A stretch of DNA of 64,000 nucleotides, from the NCBI GenBank assembly GCA_015059375.1, contig SVAN01000001.1:20179-84178 (forward strand), in the 5' to 3' direction. This DNA is from Bacillota bacterium. Lineage in GTDB: Bacteria; Bacillota_I; Bacilli_A; RF39; UBA660. Position 1 is the first letter of the stretch. Each line of letters begins with the position of its first letter. A model generated the notes under the pieces. It was not told the DNA's origin. It saw only the letters and a program-made list of their open reading frames with translations, and made no database searches. Made by a program: the position numbers and the translations under genes. Positions 16,918 through 27,204 of this stretch are shown piece after piece.

Positions 16918-18720
16918 ATGAAAAATAAAATTATAAATTATATATTAGCATTATTTAGTGCAATTACTCTAATTACTAACTGGAATAGTGTATATTTTAA
17001 TGGCTGGAAAGCTTTCGTGGATTATAAAATCATCCTTATTTTGTTTTTATCTTTTTTATTATCGGTGGTTTACAAAAAATATTCTTTTGAAAAAACAACT
17101 TTGGCTAAAATATTAGCAATCATATTTTCCTTTTGCTTATTAGTCGGAAATTGTTATCTTAGTTACGGGACGATAGCTGGTTTATATCAAAACAATATGA
17201 TTTTATGGTCAATTATTAAAATGTTTGGTTATTATCAAATGCTTTACTTTATTATTAATTCATTAATTCATTATGATTATCACTCGTTAATGATTAATAT
17301 AAAAGATAAAAATATTTTGGTTAAAAGGTTCTCAAACCATCCTCTTATTACTTGTCTGTGTGTATTATTTACATGCTGGTCAATTTATTATATTGCATTT
17401 TATCCAATTGTTTTATCTCCAGACCCATCATATCAAATTAAACAATTTTTAGGAGAAAGAACAAAATATCTTGATTATTCTGTAACGCTCAATGATAAAG
17501 TTACCATTACCAATCATCACCCCGTTTTTCACACTATATTAATTGGTGGTTTAACAAAATTTGGAATGGTAATTGGTAATGATAATTTAGGCTTGTTTAT
17601 GTATAGTTTACTTCAAGGTGTTTTTATGGCCTTTACATTGTCACAGACTATTTGTTTACTTAAGAAAAAGGGAGTAGGCAATAAGTATTTGCTGTTGATG
17701 CTCGCAATTTATGCGTTGGTGCCAATGTTTCCGTTATATGCCCTTAATGGTAACAAGGATGTTTATTATTCATTGCTGATGATTTGGCTTTTAATGTTAT
17801 TATTTGAATATGTTGATTCTCCCAAAATGAGAAAAATGTCTTGGCAAGAATGGTGGAAATGGTTTATAATCTTATTTTTTATTTGCCTTTTTCGCAATAA
17901 TGGGATTTACATTGCTATTTTCCTTTTCCCTTTTATTTTGTTTTATAAAAAAATCAATATTAAAAAAATTGCTACAGTATTTGCAGCAGTAATATGTTTG
18001 TTTTTTTCGTATCAAAAGTTTTTATTGCCAGCGCTAGGAATAACGGCAGGAAGCGTTCGAGAAAAAATGTCTATTTTTTTCCAACAGACAGCTAGATATG
18101 TTATCAACCATGAAGATGAATTGTCTTCGGATGATAAAAAAGCTATTAGCGCTATTATCGACTATGACAAAATTAAAAGTAGCTACAATCCTTTGATTTC
18201 TGACCCAATAAAAAATACATACAATAAGTATGCAACTAGTCAAGATATGAAAAATTATTTCAAAGTATGGTTGAAAGGGTTAATAAATCATCCAATGACC
18301 TATATTGATGCTACGTTAAATAATGTTTTTGGCTATTTTGATCCCGAAGATATAAACTGGTATACATATACTAAGTATGATACGAGAATTACAAATTTAG
18401 TGAATTATCATTATAATAATCTAGAGGGATTAAGAACCTTTTTAAGTTATTATGCTAAAATATTTCCTTATCTTCCTATCGTGGGACTAATTAGTAATAT
18501 TGGATTTAGTTTTTGGATAATCTTTGCTATGGGGATATGGCTATGGAAACAAAAACAAAAATCTTATATCATTATTTTAATACCTTCATATGTAAGTTGG
18601 CTTGTGTGTATTGCTTCTCCAGTAAATACTTATTTTCGATATGCCATGCCATATGTTTTTATAATTCCTTTTGTCGTAGGCATTTGGTTTTATCTAAATA
18701 AAAAAAGAATTAGTGAATAA
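16918..18720 (+). CDS. large polytopic membrane protein, possibly a GT-C-type glycosyltransferase or polymerase
   Basis: 600 aa with ≥12 TM and periplasmic loops (…SPDPSYQIKQFLGERTKYLDYS…NHHPVFHTILIGG…). No specific family call possible by eye. Confidence 0.3.
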   Translation: MKNKIINYILALFSAITLITNWNSVYFNGWKAFVDYKIILILFLSFLLSVVYKKYSFEKTTLAKILAIIFSFCLLVGNCYLSYGTIAGLYQNNMILWSIIKMFGYYQMLYFIINSLIHYDYHSLMINIKDKNILVKRFSNHPLITCLCVLFTCWSIYYIAFYPIVLSPDPSYQIKQFLGERTKYLDYSVTLNDKVTITNHHPVFHTILIGGLTKFGMVIGNDNLGLFMYSLLQGVFMAFTLSQTICLLKKKGVGNKYLLLMLAIYALVPMFPLYALNGNKDVYYSLLMIWLLMLLFEYVDSPKMRKMSWQEWWKWFIILFFICLFRNNGIYIAIFLFPFILFYKKINIKKIATVFAAVICLFFSYQKFLLPALGITAGSVREKMSIFFQQTARYVINHEDELSSDDKKAISAIIDYDKIKSSYNPLISDPIKNTYNKYATSQDMKNYFKVWLKGLINHPMTYIDATLNNVFGYFDPEDINWYTYTKYDTRITNLVNYHYNNLEGLRTFLSYYAKIFPYLPIVGLISNIGFSFWIIFAMGIWLWKQKQKSYIIILIPSYVSWLVCIASPVNTYFRYAMPYVFIIPFVVGIWFYLNKKRISE

Positions 18721-19834
18721 TAGGTTTATTATTTAATTCTTCTTCGTATGTATTTTGACTAGTTAATAAATCGTATATTGTTGATGCTTTAATTTCATAG
18801 TTATAAATAACAGAAGATTTATTTATATTAACAGATATATCTAAATCTTTTTTTATGCTATTTAAGTAATCTCGACCTCTTTTATTAAGACCTAAGATTC
18901 TTAAATAATCAATTTCTGTTTTAGCATGAATTTTTTTTATTCCTAATAAGATATGGATTAACATGCGATTGATTTTATTATAAGTATATCTTTTGGTTTT
19001 AACATAATTTATAAAATCTTCGAGGTTGTTAGTTTTTAAAGCAGCTTCTTTAAGTCTAAATTCAATGCCTTCTTCAACATCTAAAATTTCATTTAAATGA
19101 GTATTAGTCAAAATTGTAGATTTCAATATTTTAAAGTATAAATCATAGTCAATGATATTCATTTTCTCTTTAGCTTCTTTGGGAAGGTAGTTGGAAATAT
19201 CTTCGTGATTTTTTAGCTTATATCGAATATTTGAAGCACTCACAATATTTTCTGAACTTTGTGTATCTAAATAACTATTGGTTCTTTGAATCGTTTCTGG
19301 AATGATTTTATCATTTATTTTCAAAATTGCCTTTACATAAGATATACCTAGCAAATCGTTAGGTAAAAAGGTGAACTTTGTCTTTAAACTTTTGGCAAGT
19401 GCAGTAGGATAATTAACTCCGTTATTTAATAATTTTTTTATTTCTTCACTATATTCTTTGGTTTGACTTTCTTTGGCTATAGTAATTATTTTATTTATAT
19501 CATTTGTTTCACTACCAAATATTATTTTTTGAACTTTTAGTTTATTTAATAAATAAACAGAGGTATAAGCAAATGTATCGGCACTTTGCGTTCCAAATAA
19601 AGCTGGAAGCTCAATAACTAAGTCAACGTTATTATTTAAAGCAATTTGGGTTTTAGAAAATTTTGAGATTGTAGAAATTTCTCCGCGTTCTAAAAAATAT
19701 CCATTAAGAACTAAAATAATAATACTATTTGGTTCTCTTTTTTTTATTTCATGTATATGATGAATATGGCCATTATGAAAAGGATTATATTCACAAATTA
19801 TCCCAATTTTATTCAAGTTAATCACCAAAGACAA
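18710..19834 (-). CDS. tmcAL: tRNA(Met) cytidine acetate ligase TmcAL (YlbM family HIGH nucleotidyltransferase)
   Basis: N-terminus IGIICEYNPFHNGHIHHI matches the TmcAL/YlbM HIGH-type motif. Confidence 0.7.
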   Translation of the reverse strand: MSLVINLNKIGIICEYNPFHNGHIHHIHEIKKREPNSIIILVLNGYFLERGEISTISKFSKTQIALNNNVDLVIELPALFGTQSADTFAYTSVYLLNKLKVQKIIFGSETNDINKIITIAKESQTKEYSEEIKKLLNNGVNYPTALAKSLKTKFTFLPNDLLGISYVKAILKINDKIIPETIQRTNSYLDTQSSENIVSASNIRYKLKNHEDISNYLPKEAKEKMNIIDYDLYFKILKSTILTNTHLNEILDVEEGIEFRLKEAALKTNNLEDFINYVKTKRYTYNKINRMLIHILLGIKKIHAKTEIDYLRILGLNKRGRDYLNSIKKDLDISVNINKSSVIYNYEIKASTIYDLLTSQNTYEEELNNKPIIH

Positions 19835-19892
19835 TATAACAATTGTTTATCATTTTGTCAAATGCTATAATAATGAAAACGAGAGGTGCATT

Positions 19893-20747
19893 ATGATTGT
19901 TGCAATAGTGGGGCCAACCGGGGTTGGAAAAACAAAAATGAGTATTGAATTAGCCAAATGTTTAAATGCAATTATTATTAATTGTGATGCAGTTCAAGTT
20001 TATCGAGAACTTAACATTGGTAGTGCCAAAGTGACTGAAGAAGAAAAAGAAGGTATTTCTCATTTTTTGCTAGATATTAAAAATATTAATGAAGATTATA
20101 CTGTGATGGATTACCAAAAAGATTTAAGAGAATTAATTAAAAAGTATAATCATCAAAATATTATCATTGTTGGCGGCACTGGTTTATATTTATGCGCTGG
20201 TTTAATGGACTATCGTTTCGAAGAAGAAAAAGAGGATAATAATTCATATGATGAATTGTCTAATGAAGAATTATATCAATTAGCTATTGCAAAAGACGGT
20301 AACTGTGATATTCATCAAAATAATCGTGTAAGACTTATAAGATTTTTAAATAGAAAAAATACTGTTAATGTAGAACCTAAATTGCTTTATTCCAATGTTC
20401 ATTTTATTGGTTTAACTACTGATCGTGATAATTTGTATAAGGTTATTAATCGTCGTGTTGATAAAATGATTGAACAAGGGTTATATGATGAAGCTCAAAG
20501 ACTGTATGTTAAATATCCTGAAAGTCGTGTACTTCATAGTGCGATTGGATATAAAGAATTAATTGCACATTTTGATGGTAAAATTTCTTTGGAAGAAGCA
20601 ATCGATAATATTAAACAAAATAGTCGTCATTATGCTAAAAGGCAGTATACATGGTTTAATAATAAAATGGACGTTAAATGGTTTGAGGTAAATTATGCTG
20701 ATTTTTCACAGACTATTGAGAGTGTAAAAAAATATCTGAAAATATGA
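19893..20747 (+). CDS. miaA: tRNA dimethylallyltransferase MiaA
   Basis: P-loop GPTGVGKT; …DAVQVYRELNIGSAK… motif. Confidence 0.9.
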   Translation: MIVAIVGPTGVGKTKMSIELAKCLNAIIINCDAVQVYRELNIGSAKVTEEEKEGISHFLLDIKNINEDYTVMDYQKDLRELIKKYNHQNIIIVGGTGLYLCAGLMDYRFEEEKEDNNSYDELSNEELYQLAIAKDGNCDIHQNNRVRLIRFLNRKNTVNVEPKLLYSNVHFIGLTTDRDNLYKVINRRVDKMIEQGLYDEAQRLYVKYPESRVLHSAIGYKELIAHFDGKISLEEAIDNIKQNSRHYAKRQYTWFNNKMDVKWFEVNYADFSQTIESVKKYLKI

Positions 20748-20757
20748 TTTTACATTT

Positions 20758-20786
20758 ATCTTTTGAAGTGTTATAATTAGTCCTCG
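20758..20786 (+). promoter_or_regulatory. sigma-A promoter for pyk
   Basis: TTTACA, 17 nt, TGtTATAAT; GGAGG RBS downstream. Confidence 0.45.
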
Positions 20787-20798
20787 GAGGTTTTTTAT

Positions 20799-22217
20799 AT
20801 GTTAAGAAAAACAAAAATAGTTTGTACAATTGGTCCAGCTTCTGATAATTACGATACACTTAAGAATTTAATGCTAAGTGGTATGAACGTTGCTCGCGTA
20901 AATTTTTCACACGGTACATGGGATGAACAAGGGCCAAAGGTAAATTTAATAAAAAAAGTAAGAGAAGAATTAGGATTACCAATTGCAATTTTGTTAGATA
21001 CTAAAGGTCCAGAAATAAGATTGGGTAAATTTATTGAAAAGGTATATTTGACTGAGGGTAATATATTTGTTTTACGCAATGAAGAAATTGTTGGTAACGA
21101 AAGAGAAGTATCTATCTCATATAAGGACTTGTATAATGATATTAAGGTTGGTAGTACTATCCTTTTAGATGATGGATTAATCAGATTAGAAGTTGAAGCG
21201 ATAGATAATAAAGATATTGTTTGTAAAGTAATTAATAGTGGGTATATTTCAAGTAATAAAAGTGTTAATGTCCCTGATATTAAGTTGAATTTGCCATCTT
21301 TAACTGAAAAAGATATTAAAGATATAGAAGGCGGCATTGATTATGACATTGATTATATTGCTGCATCTTTTGTTCGAAGAAAAGAAGATGTACTAGCAAT
21401 TAGAGAGATTCTAAATAAATATAATTCTAAGATTAAAATTATTTCTAAAATTGAAAATAAAGAAGGAATTGAAAACTTTGATGAAATTTTAGAAATATCA
21501 GACGGAATTATGGTTGCTCGTGGTGACTTAGGAGTAGAAATCCCATTTTCGCAAGTGCCGATTGTTCAAAAAGAGATGATTAAAAAAACTTATGCTAAGG
21601 GTAAGACTGTTATAACTGCAACGCAAATGATGGAATCTATGATTCATGAGCCGAATCCGACTCGAGCTGAAGTAAGTGATGTGGCAAATGCGATTTATGA
21701 TGGAACCAGTGCTATTATGTTAAGTGGTGAAACTGCCACTGGAAAATATCCGGTTGAATGCGTTAAAAGAATGGTTCAAATTGCTACTGACGTTGAGGAT
21801 TCTATTGATTATTGGAAACGCTTCAAAATTAGAGAGATTCCTAAGGATAATTTTGAATTCATTATTAATCATGCAATGATAACGACGGCTTTAAATATTA
21901 ATGTTAAAGCAATTTTCTGTTATACCAAAACAAGCGATACGCCGAGAATTTTAGCTAGCTTACGACCAAAATGTCCAATTTTTGTTTCAACAAGTAACAA
22001 AAAAGTATATCATCAATTGTCAATTGGTTGGGGATTAAATGTTAGCTTAACTGATGAAGAAAAAGAAGCGAAAGAAATGATTTTAGATGATGTTAATCGT
22101 CGCGTTAATGAAGGCCTTTTAAATAAAGGTGATATTATTTTAATCGCTGGTGGTAAATATATAATTGGTAATGAAAAAGAGATAAACAAAAGTATTGGTG
22201 GAATTTATCAAATATAA
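20799..22217 (+). CDS. pyk: pyruvate kinase
   Basis: MLRKTKIVCTIGPAS…NFSHG…; …MVARGDLGVEIP…; 472 aa. Confidence 0.9.
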   Translation: MLRKTKIVCTIGPASDNYDTLKNLMLSGMNVARVNFSHGTWDEQGPKVNLIKKVREELGLPIAILLDTKGPEIRLGKFIEKVYLTEGNIFVLRNEEIVGNEREVSISYKDLYNDIKVGSTILLDDGLIRLEVEAIDNKDIVCKVINSGYISSNKSVNVPDIKLNLPSLTEKDIKDIEGGIDYDIDYIAASFVRRKEDVLAIREILNKYNSKIKIISKIENKEGIENFDEILEISDGIMVARGDLGVEIPFSQVPIVQKEMIKKTYAKGKTVITATQMMESMIHEPNPTRAEVSDVANAIYDGTSAIMLSGETATGKYPVECVKRMVQIATDVEDSIDYWKRFKIREIPKDNFEFIINHAMITTALNINVKAIFCYTKTSDTPRILASLRPKCPIFVSTSNKKVYHQLSIGWGLNVSLTDEEKEAKEMILDDVNRRVNEGLLNKGDIILIAGGKYIIGNEKEINKSIGGIYQI

Positions 22218-22267
22218 AAACAGGAACTATGATGTGTTTTATTGAAAATATATCATATCCTGTTTTT
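22218..22267. terminator. bidirectional terminator between pyk and the convergent minus-strand gene
   Basis: AAACAGGA…TCCTGTTTTTTTATTT hairpin with a T-tract. Confidence 0.35.
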
Positions 22268-23215
22268 TTATTTGTATTCTAAGTAAATGTCCTTACGAAA
22301 ATTATGAATTTCTAAATTAACATCACCTGAATCGGCTTTAGCCATTTCTTCCGTGGTTACTAAAAAATATTTGTGATATAAGTAATTTTTACCATCATCA
22401 CTAACCGGATCGTCCCAGGTTAAGTCAAGGTGTAACCATTTTCCATCAAGGTATATAGCATTCCAAACGTGGCCGTCTGATTCATAACTAATGTCTTCTT
22501 GCGTAGTGGTTATTTTATAATTGGTAATTCCCATTTTATCTAGAAAAATTGCCATTGTATCTGTATATCCATTACACCTAGCTAAGTGACTAAATAAAGC
22601 TCCATAAGCTAAATCTGATGGGTGAACTTTTTCTTTTTCTGCATCTTTACTTAAATCGTATTTCGTTAAATTAATAATATAATCATGAATTGTCTTAATA
22701 TTGTTATAACTTGTTTCATTTTCTTTAATTAGTAAAGTCATTAATCGATCAATTTCTGTATTAACAGCTTCAATTTGGCTTTCTGAATAAAGACGGATAA
22801 TCTCTATCGTGATTTGTCCGTTATCGATTATTGTATTTAAATCAATAAAGCTATTAAAAGGATGCACAAAATTGTTGATATGAGTTAATGTAATATCGTC
22901 ATTACTGATTCTTTTAAAATCATTAACACAATTTTTATACTCGGATGGGCAGTAAAAAGTAAAAGAGTCCCAGCCATTATTAATAACTGTAAAAATAATA
23001 TTAAGAAGATCATTATATGAATAGGGAATAAAATCTTTGGAAAATGTAACATAGGAAAAATCTTCCTTTTTTGCATATTCGTTAGCTTTTTTGATAATAA
23101 GCTTTTGATTATCACCAATTACGTGAGCGATATAATCACTTATTTTTCCAGCATTAAAAGACGTATATAATATTAATATAGTACATAGCAAAGGAATAAA
23201 AATCTTTTTCATCAA
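22268..23215 (-). CDS. secreted transglutaminase-like (papain-fold Cys-His-Asp) domain protein
   Basis: Signal peptide MMKKIFIPLLCTILILY…; catalytic-triad context …LARCNGYTDTMAIF…, …DGHVWNAIYLDGKWLHLDLTWDD…. Confidence 0.5.
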   Translation of the reverse strand: MMKKIFIPLLCTILILYTSFNAGKISDYIAHVIGDNQKLIIKKANEYAKKEDFSYVTFSKDFIPYSYNDLLNIIFTVINNGWDSFTFYCPSEYKNCVNDFKRISNDDITLTHINNFVHPFNSFIDLNTIIDNGQITIEIIRLYSESQIEAVNTEIDRLMTLLIKENETSYNNIKTIHDYIINLTKYDLSKDAEKEKVHPSDLAYGALFSHLARCNGYTDTMAIFLDKMGITNYKITTTQEDISYESDGHVWNAIYLDGKWLHLDLTWDDPVSDDGKNYLYHKYFLVTTEEMAKADSGDVNLEIHNFRKDIYLEYK

Positions 23216-23282
23216 TATCTCCTTGTTATAATAATTTTAACATATATCTAAATTAATAGAAAATAAAAAGTAGCTCAAATGG

Positions 23283-23546
23283 CTACTTAGTGTTTTTTAT
23301 TTTTTGTGCTAATCTAGATTTTTGTCTATCAGCAGTATTTTTCTTAATTAATCCTTTGCTAACAGCTTCATCGCATGCTTTTTGAAAGCTTTTAAATAAA
23401 TCATTAGCTTTTGTTACATCATTAGCTACTAAAGCTTTTTCAATGTCTTTAATAAGATTTTTTACTTTAGCTTGTGGTTCATGATTATTTTCAGTTTTTT
23501 TAGCTATAACCTTAACCGCTTTTTTTGAACTTTTAATATTTGGCAT
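23283..23546 (-). CDS. rpsT: 30S ribosomal protein S20
   Basis: MPNIKSSKKAVKV… lysine-rich helical protein, 87 aa. Confidence 0.85.
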   Translation of the reverse strand: MPNIKSSKKAVKVIAKKTENNHEPQAKVKNLIKDIEKALVANDVTKANDLFKSFQKACDEAVSKGLIKKNTADRQKSRLAQKIKNTK

Positions 23547-23698
23547 GATAAATCTCCCTTCTTCAATACGTATACTATTGTATCAAAACTTTATTTAATA
23601 AGCAAGAATAAAAATTAGCTGTTAATTAAAGTTGTAATATGACTACTTTTGACATTTTTTTTGAAATTATTTAGTTATACTTTTGCTGGTGAATAAAA

Positions 23699-24535
23699 AT
23701 GGGGCATTTTAAGACAATCAGTCGAAAGAGAAAAAAACAAAGACAATTTTTTAAATTGTTGTTTATTATAATTATTATCTTTTTTATTATCTTCTTTATT
23801 AAAAAAGTAAAAATAGATACTAAATATTTAGAATACCTGACATATAATTATTTGGGGACAAATCTTTTAAATAAAGAAGAAACTACATTGATAGATGTTC
23901 CAGTTTTTAAAGAAGAATCTGTTCCAATTGTTTACTTATATAATACGCATCAAACGGAAAAATATAAATATAATAAGTTAACAAGTTATAATATAGATTA
24001 TTCAGTTATGTTTGCTAGTTATATATTACAATCTTATCTGGATGAATATGATATTAGCAGTGTTGTTGAAACTAATTTAGTGAGTAAAGTTTTACTTGAT
24101 AATAATTTAAAGTATAAAGATAGTTATCAAGCCAGTCGTATTTTATTAGAACAAAGCATTGTTAAATATCCAACTTTAGAGTATTTTATTGATTTACATC
24201 GTGATTCATCAATATATGAAAAAACAACTTGTGAAATAAATGGTCAAAATTATGCTAAGATTTTGTTTGTAATTGGTCTTGAACATGAAAATTATGCCTT
24301 AAATTTAGCGTTTGCTGAAAAACTAAATGAAAAATTAAAGGCAGTTAATCCTTGTCTTAGTCGCGGAATATTGGAAAAGTCTGGGGAAGGTGTTGATGGA
24401 AAATATAATCAAGATTTTCATGAAAATACAATTCTTTTAGAAATCGGCGGCCAATATAATGAAATTAATGAAGCAAATAATACGTTGAAAGTTTTAGCTA
24501 GTATCCTTTATGAATATATTATGGAGGATGAATGA
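23699..24535 (+). CDS. spoIIP: stage II sporulation protein P (SpoIIP)
   Basis: Signal-anchor N-terminus; conserved SpoIIP motifs VYLYNTHQTEKY and DLHRDS; sits between rpsT and lepA as in B. subtilis. Confidence 0.7.
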   Translation: MGHFKTISRKRKKQRQFFKLLFIIIIIFFIIFFIKKVKIDTKYLEYLTYNYLGTNLLNKEETTLIDVPVFKEESVPIVYLYNTHQTEKYKYNKLTSYNIDYSVMFASYILQSYLDEYDISSVVETNLVSKVLLDNNLKYKDSYQASRILLEQSIVKYPTLEYFIDLHRDSSIYEKTTCEINGQNYAKILFVIGLEHENYALNLAFAEKLNEKLKAVNPCLSRGILEKSGEGVDGKYNQDFHENTILLEIGGQYNEINEANNTLKVLASILYEYIMEDE

Positions 24536-24861
24536 AAAAAAAGAAAAAAGGGAATTGGTTTTTTAGAATTTTGACAGTTTTTTTTATTATCTATGTAGCT
24601 TTATTTATTTCTCTTCATACTGGTTATTATGAAAAAACGGTCCGTGATCGAACTTTAATGACCGAAGAAAAAATTAAACAGTTTGAAGAAGATGTAGCTA
24701 ATAATATGGTGGTGGATATTAAAGACTATTTACCTAATGAAGAAGATTATTCTAATATTTTTACCAAGAGTGCTATTTCCATCTCAAGTACTCTTGGAAA
24801 TATTCTGGATAGTAAGGCAGAAAACTTTTGGGATTTTATTAAATCTTTGTTTATTAGCTAG
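24532..24861 (+). CDS. yqxA: YqxA-like small membrane protein
   Basis: 109 aa with one TM, overlapping the spoIIP stop and immediately upstream of lepA (position of yqxA in Bacillus). Confidence 0.35.
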   Translation: MKKKKKGNWFFRILTVFFIIYVALFISLHTGYYEKTVRDRTLMTEEKIKQFEEDVANNMVVDIKDYLPNEEDYSNIFTKSAISISSTLGNILDSKAENFWDFIKSLFIS

Positions 24862-24873
24862 TTTTAGTGTATA

Positions 24874-26688
24874 ATGTTAAGTGGTGAGAAAATGGATAAG
24901 TCGCATATAAGAAATTTTTCAATAATAGCCCATATCGATCACGGAAAAAGTACACTTGCAGATCGAATTTTAGAAATTACTAATGTTGTTTCTAAACGCC
25001 AAATGCAAGATCAAATGCTTGATAATATGGATTTAGAACGGGAAAGGGGTATTACTATTAAGCTTAATGCGGTTAAGCTTAATTATTTTTATAAAGATGA
25101 AGAATATTCATTAAATTTAATTGATACTCCGGGACATGTTGACTTTTCATATGAAGTATCGCGGAGCTTAGCTGCTTGTGAAGGTGCTATTTTAGTCGTT
25201 GATGCATCTCAAGGGATTGAAGCGCAAACACTTGCAAATTTATATTTAGCAATGGAAGATGATTTAACAATTATTCCTGTTATTAATAAAATTGATTTGC
25301 CAAATGCGGATGTTCCTAAAGTAAAATCAGAACTAATGAGCGTTTTGGGATTTAAAGAAGAAGAAATTTTACTTTGTAGTGGAAAAACGGGAGAAGGAGT
25401 AAAAGAACTTTTAGATGCTGTAGTAGAAAAAGTATCCCCTCCGAAAATTAATTTAGATAGTCCGACCAAAGCCTTGATTTTTGATAGCTATTTTGATTCG
25501 TATCGCGGGGTTGTATTACTGGTTAAAGTTGTTGATGGCAAAATTAAAGTAAAAGATCATATTAAAATGATGGCTACAGGATCTGTTTTTGAAGTTACAG
25601 AGGTTGGGGTAAATATGATGGGAAACGTTTCTCTTCCGGAACTGAATTCTGGAATGGTAGGATATATTTGCGCTGCTATTAAAGATATAGAAAAGGTTGC
25701 CGTTGGAGATACTATTACCTTAGAAAATAATCCGGCAAAAGAGCCTTTAGCTGGTTATAAAAAGATGAAGCCAATGGTTTTTTCGGGAATTTTTCCAACT
25801 GAATCAAATCGTTACGATGAACTTAAAGAAGCATTAGAAAAATTGAAGCTTAATGATGCTTCTTTAACTATTGAACCTGAAAATTCTGTAGCATTAGGCT
25901 TTGGCTTTCGAACCGGCTTTTTAGGCTTGCTCCACATGGATGTAATCTTAACTAGATTAGAAAGAGAATTTAATTTAGATACAATAGCAACGTCACCTTC
26001 AGTTGTTTATAAAGTTACTTTAACATCTGGGGAAGTAGTAGAAATTGATTCCCCAAATAAAATGCCGGATAAAGCCAAAATTAAAACAATCGAAGAGCCA
26101 TATATATACACAAATATTATTACTCCATCAGAGTATATTGGTCCTATTATGACTCTTTGCCAAAACAAAAGAGGAATTTATAAAACGACAGAATATATTA
26201 ATGAAACAAGAGTAAATATTCATTATGAAATACCTCTCGGAGAAATTGTATATGACTTTTATGATAAATTAAAAAGTTCAACAAAGGGATATGCTTCTTT
26301 TGATTATGAAATAACTGGTTATAAAGAAAGTAATTTAGTTAAGATGGATATTTTACTTAATGGGGAAGCTGTTGATGCTTTATCAGTAATTGTTCATAAA
26401 GATTTTGCGTATGCGAAAGGAAGAAATATTGCTGCTAAACTTCGAACTTTAATTCCTCGACAAATGTTTCAGGTGCCAATTCAAGCAAGTGTTGGTTCGA
26501 GTGTTATAGCCCGGGAAAATATACCAGCTATGAAGAAAAATGTTTTAGCTAAGTGCTATGGTGGAGATGTATCGCGCAAAAGGAAATTATTAGAAAAACA
26601 AAAAGAAGGAAAGAAAAGAATGAAGATGGTAGGTTCTGTAGAAGTACCGCAAGAAGCGTTCTTAGCTATTTTAAGTGAGGATGAGTAG
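24874..26688 (+). CDS. lepA: translation elongation factor 4 (LepA)
   Basis: [20 protein letters not shown]…DTPGHVDF…; LepA-specific C-terminal domain. Confidence 0.95.
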   Translation: MLSGEKMDKSHIRNFSIIAHIDHGKSTLADRILEITNVVSKRQMQDQMLDNMDLERERGITIKLNAVKLNYFYKDEEYSLNLIDTPGHVDFSYEVSRSLAACEGAILVVDASQGIEAQTLANLYLAMEDDLTIIPVINKIDLPNADVPKVKSELMSVLGFKEEEILLCSGKTGEGVKELLDAVVEKVSPPKINLDSPTKALIFDSYFDSYRGVVLLVKVVDGKIKVKDHIKMMATGSVFEVTEVGVNMMGNVSLPELNSGMVGYICAAIKDIEKVAVGDTITLENNPAKEPLAGYKKMKPMVFSGIFPTESNRYDELKEALEKLKLNDASLTIEPENSVALGFGFRTGFLGLLHMDVILTRLEREFNLDTIATSPSVVYKVTLTSGEVVEIDSPNKMPDKAKIKTIEEPYIYTNIITPSEYIGPIMTLCQNKRGIYKTTEYINETRVNIHYEIPLGEIVYDFYDKLKSSTKGYASFDYEITGYKESNLVKMDILLNGEAVDALSVIVHKDFAYAKGRNIAAKLRTLIPRQMFQVPIQASVGSSVIARENIPAMKKNVLAKCYGGDVSRKRKLLEKQKEGKKRMKMVGSVEVPQEAFLAILSEDE

Positions 26689-26691
26689 TAA

Positions 26692-27177
26692 ATGCAAAAA
26701 ATAGATATATATAATGATGAAACATTCGCAAAAAAGGTAATCTCAGCGGCTTATGATTATCTTGCGGAAGGTGCATCTTATAGAAAAGTTGCCCCGTTAT
26801 ACAACACTTCTTATGTTACAATTAAATCTTGGTTTGATAAGTATTTATCGCAATTGGATCCAGAGTTATATCGAGAAGTACGAACTGAAGCCGAAGAAAG
26901 ACGGGAAAAGACGATTGACGATCCAGAGGTTCGTAAGCGAATTGCCAAAGCAATTGCTTATATAACAGAAAATGATTATACAATTGCTCAAATTGCTTCG
27001 AAACTTGAAGTGGGTAGTTGGACAATTTATATTGATTTGGTCAAAAGACTTCCAAAAATCAAAGATTTAAGTGATCAATATTATGAATCAGTGCGAAAAG
27101 CCTTAACAAATCATAGTATTGCTAATTCACCAATGTTAAAAAATAAGCAAGAACAATTATTAAATGAAAGAAAATAA
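26692..27177 (+). CDS. SpoIIID-like DNA-binding protein with two tandem HTH domains
   Basis: Two repeats (…ASYRKVAPLYNTSYVTIKSWFDKYLSQLDPELYREV… and …YTIAQIASKLEVGSWTIYIDLVKRLPKIKDLSDQYYESV…) each resemble the B. subtilis SpoIIID core (…IAKEFGVSKSTVHKDLTERLPEINPDLANEV…). Confidence 0.45.
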   Translation: MQKIDIYNDETFAKKVISAAYDYLAEGASYRKVAPLYNTSYVTIKSWFDKYLSQLDPELYREVRTEAEERREKTIDDPEVRKRIAKAIAYITENDYTIAQIASKLEVGSWTIYIDLVKRLPKIKDLSDQYYESVRKALTNHSIANSPMLKNKQEQLLNERK

Positions 27178-27204
27178 AGCTAAAAAATAATTGGGGGAGT
27201 TGCA

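Noticed and set aside
20849-21337. Antisense ORFs embedded in conserved genes (20849-21337, 3827-4114, 11278-12122 series, 25209-25469, 33335-33535, 34011-34202, 39332-39598, 40097-40351, 49287-49523, 51207-51521, 54834-55022, 57011-57358, 59162-59661)
   Set aside because: They lie fully inside well-supported conserved CDS on the opposite strand or in another frame, are low-complexity, and lack RBS. They are typical AT-rich spurious ORFs.
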